Part shown: piece by piece, positions 58,579-64,000 of the stretch
Numbering within the stretch: position 1 is the first letter of the stretch
Layout: the number at the start of each line of letters is the position of its first letter
DNA from: Eledone cirrhosa
Lineage: Eukaryota
DNA: 64,000 nucleotides
Direction: 5' to 3'
Assembly: GCA_964016885.1 (NCBI GenBank)
Contig: OZ024743.1
Location: 113,026,001 to 113,090,000, forward strand
Translations under genes and position numbers: made by a program
Notes under the pieces: generated by a model
The model's input: the letters and a program-made list of their open reading frames with translations, nothing else
The model's database searches: none
Told to the model about the DNA's origin: nothing

Positions 58579-58709
58579 AATATGGTTTTATAAATATAGT
58601 TTCCATTTGTTAATATATTGTATATTTAGTCCAATAATTTGTTGAGTACTTTATATCAGTTATAAAAATATTTTAGTTTGTTGTATCCCAACAAATTAAA
58701 TATAACCTC

Positions 58710-58784
<75 letters not shown>

Positions 58785-58849
58785 CATATATATAATATAT
58801 ATATATATACATATATACATATACACATATACACACACCTATACATACA

Positions 58850-58903
<54 letters not shown>

Positions 58904-58947
58904 CAATGATATTAAATAAATGGAAACTACATTTATAAAACCATATT

Positions 58948-59009
58948 TATTCTATTATATATATTTCAAGGGTACCAAAAATGTTGGTACGCTATCATCA
59001 GATAAAATA
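58948..59009 (-). ncRNA. Type I hammerhead ribozyme motif (diverged paralog of 58513)
   Basis: Minus strand: UAUUUUAU CUGAUGA UAGC GUACCAA CAUUU UUGGUAC CCUU GAAA UAUAUA UA^AUAGAAUA. Confidence 0.85.
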
Positions 59010-59260
59010 CGAAGTATGTTTTACACATACACACATGCACACACACACATATATATATATAGACAAAATATATATATAAAAGATAAAAATTAAAAAATTA
59101 AAAATAAAAATTGTAGCGACTAGCGCCACCTTGCCCGGGGAGAAAAAACTAATTGGAGTTACTTACTATTATATCTGTATCGAATTTAATTAGTGGTTGG
59201 CCTGCAGTGGCCTTACCAAAGTAAATAACCCTGTGACCAATTCACTAAAGAGGTGACTCC

Positions 59261-59507
59261 GTTTGAACATATAAATTCTACCGACGTTTGAACATATAAA
59301 TTCTACCGACGTTTGAACATATAATTTCTACCGACGTCTGAACATATAATTTCTACCGACGTCTGAACATATAATTTCTACCGACGTCTGAACATATCAT
59401 TTCTGCCGACGTTTGAACATATTTCTACCGACGTCTGAACATATAATTTCTACCGACGTCTGAACATATAATTTCTACCGACGTTTGAACATATTTCTAC
59501 CGACGTT
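59261..59507 (+). repeat. 25-bp tandem repeat (~10 copies) in the Gypsy 5' UTR
   Basis: Unit GTTTGAACATATAAATTCTACCGAC. Confidence 0.93.
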
Positions 59508-59545
59508 TTGAAAAAAAAAATCATCTCTCTCGACCAAATTTCATC

Positions 59546-60316
59546 ATGAACAACACATCGTTACTAGCGTATTCTGGCGGTGCCAAATTGTGGTTCGTCC
59601 AGCTTGATGCGTATTTTGCGGTCAACGGAGTACAGGAAAAACAGCAAAAATTAAACGTGCTAATCAGCGGAATTCCAGCTTCACTAGCGATTACAGTAAA
59701 AGACATAATCAAGACCCCCCCCCCCCCCCAGGCGTTTCCTACGAGTCTCTGAAGAGAGAGGTGCTGCGTAGGGACTGTAGGTCACCTGAGAGTAAATTTC
59801 GTTCCTTATTAGAGGATGAAAATCTGGGGGACAGAACTCCTACAGAGTGTTTACGGCGTATCCGTGAACTCAGTGATGCTGCACCCGAAGACAGTTCCTT
59901 CGTAAAAAAAGTTATTCTTCTCCCGTTTGCCAACTAATGTGAAAACCATATTAGCGAATACGGTTGACACCAGTTCGATAGAACAAATTGCTGCCTCTGC
60001 GGACAGAATTATGGAATTTTCTAGAGAACCTACCTCGGCTGATTCGGTCATTGCCTCTTCTGCTTTCAAAACCCAGCCTGCTTCACCTCGTGAGAACTCA
60101 ATGTTGAGAGCCATTGACGCGCTAACTAGGCAAGTAGCTAAACTATGTAGGGATCGTACGCCATCTAGACGGCGTTCACGAAGTCGGTCTTCTTCCTTTC
60201 ATCGTCGCGCCAACCTTCCCGCCAACAACTCGTCTTTGTGTTGGTATCACATGCGTTTTCGTGAAAAGGCGAAACATTGTATTCAGCCTTGCTCTTTCGA
60301 GCCCTCGGAAAACTAA
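59546..60316 (+). pseudogene. gag: Gypsy gag, frameshifted
   Basis: LWFVQLDAYF, LGDRTP, IAASADRIME, RRRSRSRS, CWYH...C..PC knuckle; split across frames; ends GGAAAACTAA. Confidence 0.82.
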
Positions 60317-63000
60317 AATTGGAGAGCCTGGGCACGGCAGATCTCTCCCTCATTAATTCACCTTATCGTGCTTTTTTCATTAGAGACCGAGTTTCAAACA
60401 AATCCTTCATGGTCGACACAGGATCAAGTTGCAGTATTTGGCCCTTACGGTTCAACTCTACCAAGCCAATTCTTTCCGGCATTTCTTTGTATGCAGTAAA
60501 CCAGTCTCCTATAAAAACTTATGGACAAATATCTTTAACATTGGACCTAGCTTTAAGTCGAGATTTTAAATGGATTTTTGTCATTGCCGACCTGTCTCAT
60601 CCTATTCTCGGTGCGGATTTCTTACAGCACTATTCACTTTTGGTAGATGTCAGGAACCAGAAACTTGTGGATAGTACCACATCCTTATCTACGCCTACTC
60701 GTAAATCTAGCACTACTGCTGTCAGTCCGTCATTTTTTGTGGCTGCCGCTGGAAACCAGTTTCATGCACTCCTTACTTCGTTTCCCGAGTTAACGGATAT
60801 TTCATTTAAACCTACTCAGGCAGCCCACTCGACTCAACACTTCGTTACAACAACTGGTCCACCTGTTTTCTCTCGTCCACGAAGGTTGGCTCCGGATAGA
60901 CTAAAAAAAGCACGAAACGAGTTCGAGCATATGCTCCAGCTCGGTCTTATACGACCGTCCACCAGCCCATGGGCAACTCCGCTTCACTTGGCTGGTAAGG
61001 GTGAAGCGGATTTTAGGAAGGCATACGACCTTTGCCATCTAAGGTAGAAGCGATTCAGCATATCGCACCACCCACCTCCCTGAAACAATTACGTAATTTC
61101 TTGGGATTAATTAACTTTTATCGTCGCTTCATTCCTAACTGTGTGGACAAGTTGTTCCCCTTGACACAGTTTTTAAAGGCTGCGAAAAAGAAAGATGCTC
61201 CTATTTCACATTCTGCCGATGCTTTGCAGTCTTTTGAATCCGTCAAGTCTGAGATAGCTGAAGTTTTCTTACTCGCCCATCCTGTTGCAAACGCGAGACA
61301 TTCTTTATCTGTTGACGCATCCGATCATGCTGTTGGAACAGTCTTGCAACATGCGATCGACCACCAGGTTCAACCACTGGCGTTTTTCTCACGCCAACTA
61401 AAACCAGCAGAGCAACGTTACAGTACTTTTGACAGAGAGCTTTTAGCAGTTTATCTTGCTGTGAGACACTTCCACCCTCTTCTTGAAGGTCGGGAGTTCA
61501 CGGTACCATAAACCACTCACATTCGCTCTTCAAACTAAGTCCGACAGATACTCTCCAAGGGCATACAGACATTTGGATTTCATCTCCCAGTACACCAGTG
61601 ACATTCGTCATATAGCTGGAGCTGCCAACATATCCGCGGACGCATTATCTCGACTTTCTGTATGTTCTCTTGCATCTCCTGCACATATCGATTTAGTTGC
61701 CATTGCAACTGACCAACCTACTTTGGATTCGCTGGACATTTCCTCTGACCAGTTCTCCTGCTGCAAATTGGAATATTTACCTCTTCCATCTTCTGAAGGA
61801 AAAATTCTCTGCGATATTTCTACTGGCTCACCCAGACCACTTGTTCCACATTGCCATCAACGTACCGTTTTTGATGCACTTCATTCCTTGTCGCATCTCG
61901 GTATAGCTGCCACGGTGAAGCTTATTACGGCTCGATTTTTCTGGCCTAATATGCGTCGTTTAATCACCGGTTGGGCACGTTCTTGTTTGAAGTGTCAGCG
62001 CTCTAAGATTTATCGGCATGTCCGCGCTCCTCTTGGAAAATTCAGCCCGCCAGACGCACGTTTCCGTCATATATACATGGATATAGTTGGTCCATGGCCC
62101 GTTAGTCGTGGATTCACAAACATATTGACTTGTATCGATCGTTTCTCTCGGTGGCCTGAAGCCATACCCTTAGTGGACATAACAGCAGAGTCCGTTGCCC
62201 GAGCTTTCATTTCCAATTGGATTGCTCGCTTTGGTATTCCTACTAAAATAACTACGGATCGTGGACGCCAATTTGAAGCTTCCTTATTTCGTGAAATATC
62301 ACGATTCTTGGGTGCTCATCACATTCATATGACCAGCTACCACCCAGCCTCCAATGGAATGGTCGAGAGGTTTCATAGACAGTTGAAAGCTGCACTTCGC
62401 GCTACTCCTGATCCGCAACGTTGGACCGAATTTTTGCCAATCGTGCTTCTTGGTTGTCGTTCTGCCATTAAGACAGATTTAGGTTTTTCTTCTGCTGAAC
62501 TTCTATATGGTACCACATTGACTCTTCCTGGGCAAACGGTAGCACCAGTGGATTCATCACATCTTGACCCAGCATCATATGTCACCAGGATTCGTTCGTA
62601 TTTCTCGGATCTTCCACCAATGAACCCTCGTGACTAATCTATTTCTTCTGCTGTCCAATCGGACATCTCTACGTGGACACACATTTTCATGCGGAATGAT
62701 TCCGTCAAGGGACCTTTTACGTCACCCTACAATGGACCTTTTCGTGTGCTTTCGCACACACCAAAATACTTTACAGTCGCTGTCAATGGTCGAAAAGAGA
62801 TAATATCCGTTGACAGAGCAAAGAAGGCTTTCTCTGAAAGTCTCACATCATTGCCTGACATACCTCGCACATACACTCCCACACAAACACCTTCACCTCC
62901 ACTGCAAACACCACATACCACACAACCATATGTCACACGAAGTGGCAGGACAGTAATATGGCCACGGAAACTCTCAAAAACAATATTCGTTAACTCCTAG
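60313..63000 (+). pseudogene. pol: Gypsy pol: protease, RT (core deleted), RNase H, integrase
   Basis: [94 protein letters not shown]. Confidence 0.9.
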
Positions 63001-64000
63001 TAGCATTAACTATTTGACTTTGAAAAATGTTGAACTTATTTTTGAGCACTATTTTCCTTGCTCCCTTGTACTGTTTTGAATTGTATTGTTCCAGTTACAT
63101 TTTTCTGCATGTTTATTTTCATACTTTGCTTCTGTTACAAACCATTGTAATTTATGTACCTTTTGTTTTGCTTACTCCTTATTCTACGGCTCCTCGTTAC
63201 AATGAACTTACGATTATTATCAACTATCGTCTGGAGGGGAGCCTTGTAGCGAGTAGCGCCACCTTGCCCGGGGAGAAAAAGCTAATTGGAGTTACTTCCC
63301 GTTGAATTCTAGAAGATTCCTTGAACTTCCGATCTAGGGATTATAAAGGAGGGAGAAAAGAGACATCTTAGCTTATTTGGCGACCGGCTCTCAGACAGTT
63401 CACTCACGAGCGAGTTTGTTAACCTTATTATATCTGTATCTAATTTAATTAGTGGTTGGCCTGCAGTGGCGTTTACTAAAGTAAATAACCCTGTGACCAA
63501 TTCACTAAAAAATAAATGTGTTAGATGATTCCGAAGAGAAAGCAAAAGAAAAAACGGGTGCTCTATGTATAGAATAGAGCATTAAAAATATATAAATATA
63601 TATAAATATATAAATATATAAATATAAGAGAGTATTGAAGTTTGCTTGAAGCATTGTGGAATAATAAAATTTATTTTCTTTTGGTCGTTTTGGAAGCCTC
63701 AACAATGCAGATGGGTAAGTCTCCGGGTAACAGGATCTGGTGGTGAAGAGCGAGATGTAAGGGAATGTAGAATGAGATGTATAGTGTGTAGAGGAACGTA
63801 GGGAAGAGCGTAAAAAATAAAAATAATAACACGAGATAGAGTTAACTTGGGAGAGATTTAATTGTCCCTATATTTCGGATTCGCATCCATCAACTGGGGC
63901 GTTTTCCGGGGGTGAAAGTTATCTCTCGGAGAGGAATGGTACGTGTCCTCTGCTGTTCGCTGTTTGTGACTAACTGAGGTATTCTGCAGAGCGCACGTGC

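Larger units (their letters stand above)
58323..58712 (+). mobile_element. Fold-back element: 119-bp arms (58323-58441 / 58505-58623) plus a tail running into (TA)n
   Basis: Reverse-complement arms with one mismatch; family member at 39245-39580. Confidence 0.85.
59112..63509 (+). mobile_element. Defective Ty3/Gypsy LTR retrotransposon
   Basis: 5' LTR 59112-59249 (internally deleted), PBS-like GGTGACTCCG, gag-pol, PPT GGAGGGGAG, 3' LTR 63245-63509, 4-bp TSD AAAT. Confidence 0.93.

Overview
Repeat-saturated, AT-rich eukaryotic DNA (intergenic or intronic). The tRNA-derived SINE families and extreme (TA)n/(CA)n density suggest an octopus or other coleoid cephalopod; this is an inference, not checked against a database. 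No host protein-coding gene can be supported, and almost all ORFs in the track are microsatellite translations. Recognisable content: (1) a near-complete but disrupted Naiad-type Penelope-like retroelement (PLE) with an inverted 5' pseudo-LTR (2481-8560); (2) a 5'-truncated Neptune-type PLE; (3) a defective Ty3/Gypsy LTR element lacking its RT core; (4) LINE fragments (Vingi/I-like with an 11-bp TSD, Tx1/L1, RTE, CRE, Hero-like); (5) many SINEs and several MITEs; (6) a 6.2-kb 58-bp satellite with a 28-mer higher-order duplication. The main unannotated signal is a dense set of type I hammerhead ribozyme motifs, folded by eye: 12 complete-looking copies from about 7 sequence families, plus degenerate and half motifs. 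They sit in short non-coding fold-back (palindromic) elements embedded in (TA)n tracts. They show stem covariation, palindromic stem III, a recurrent U-U closure of stem II, and one U3-A8 compensatory core variant.
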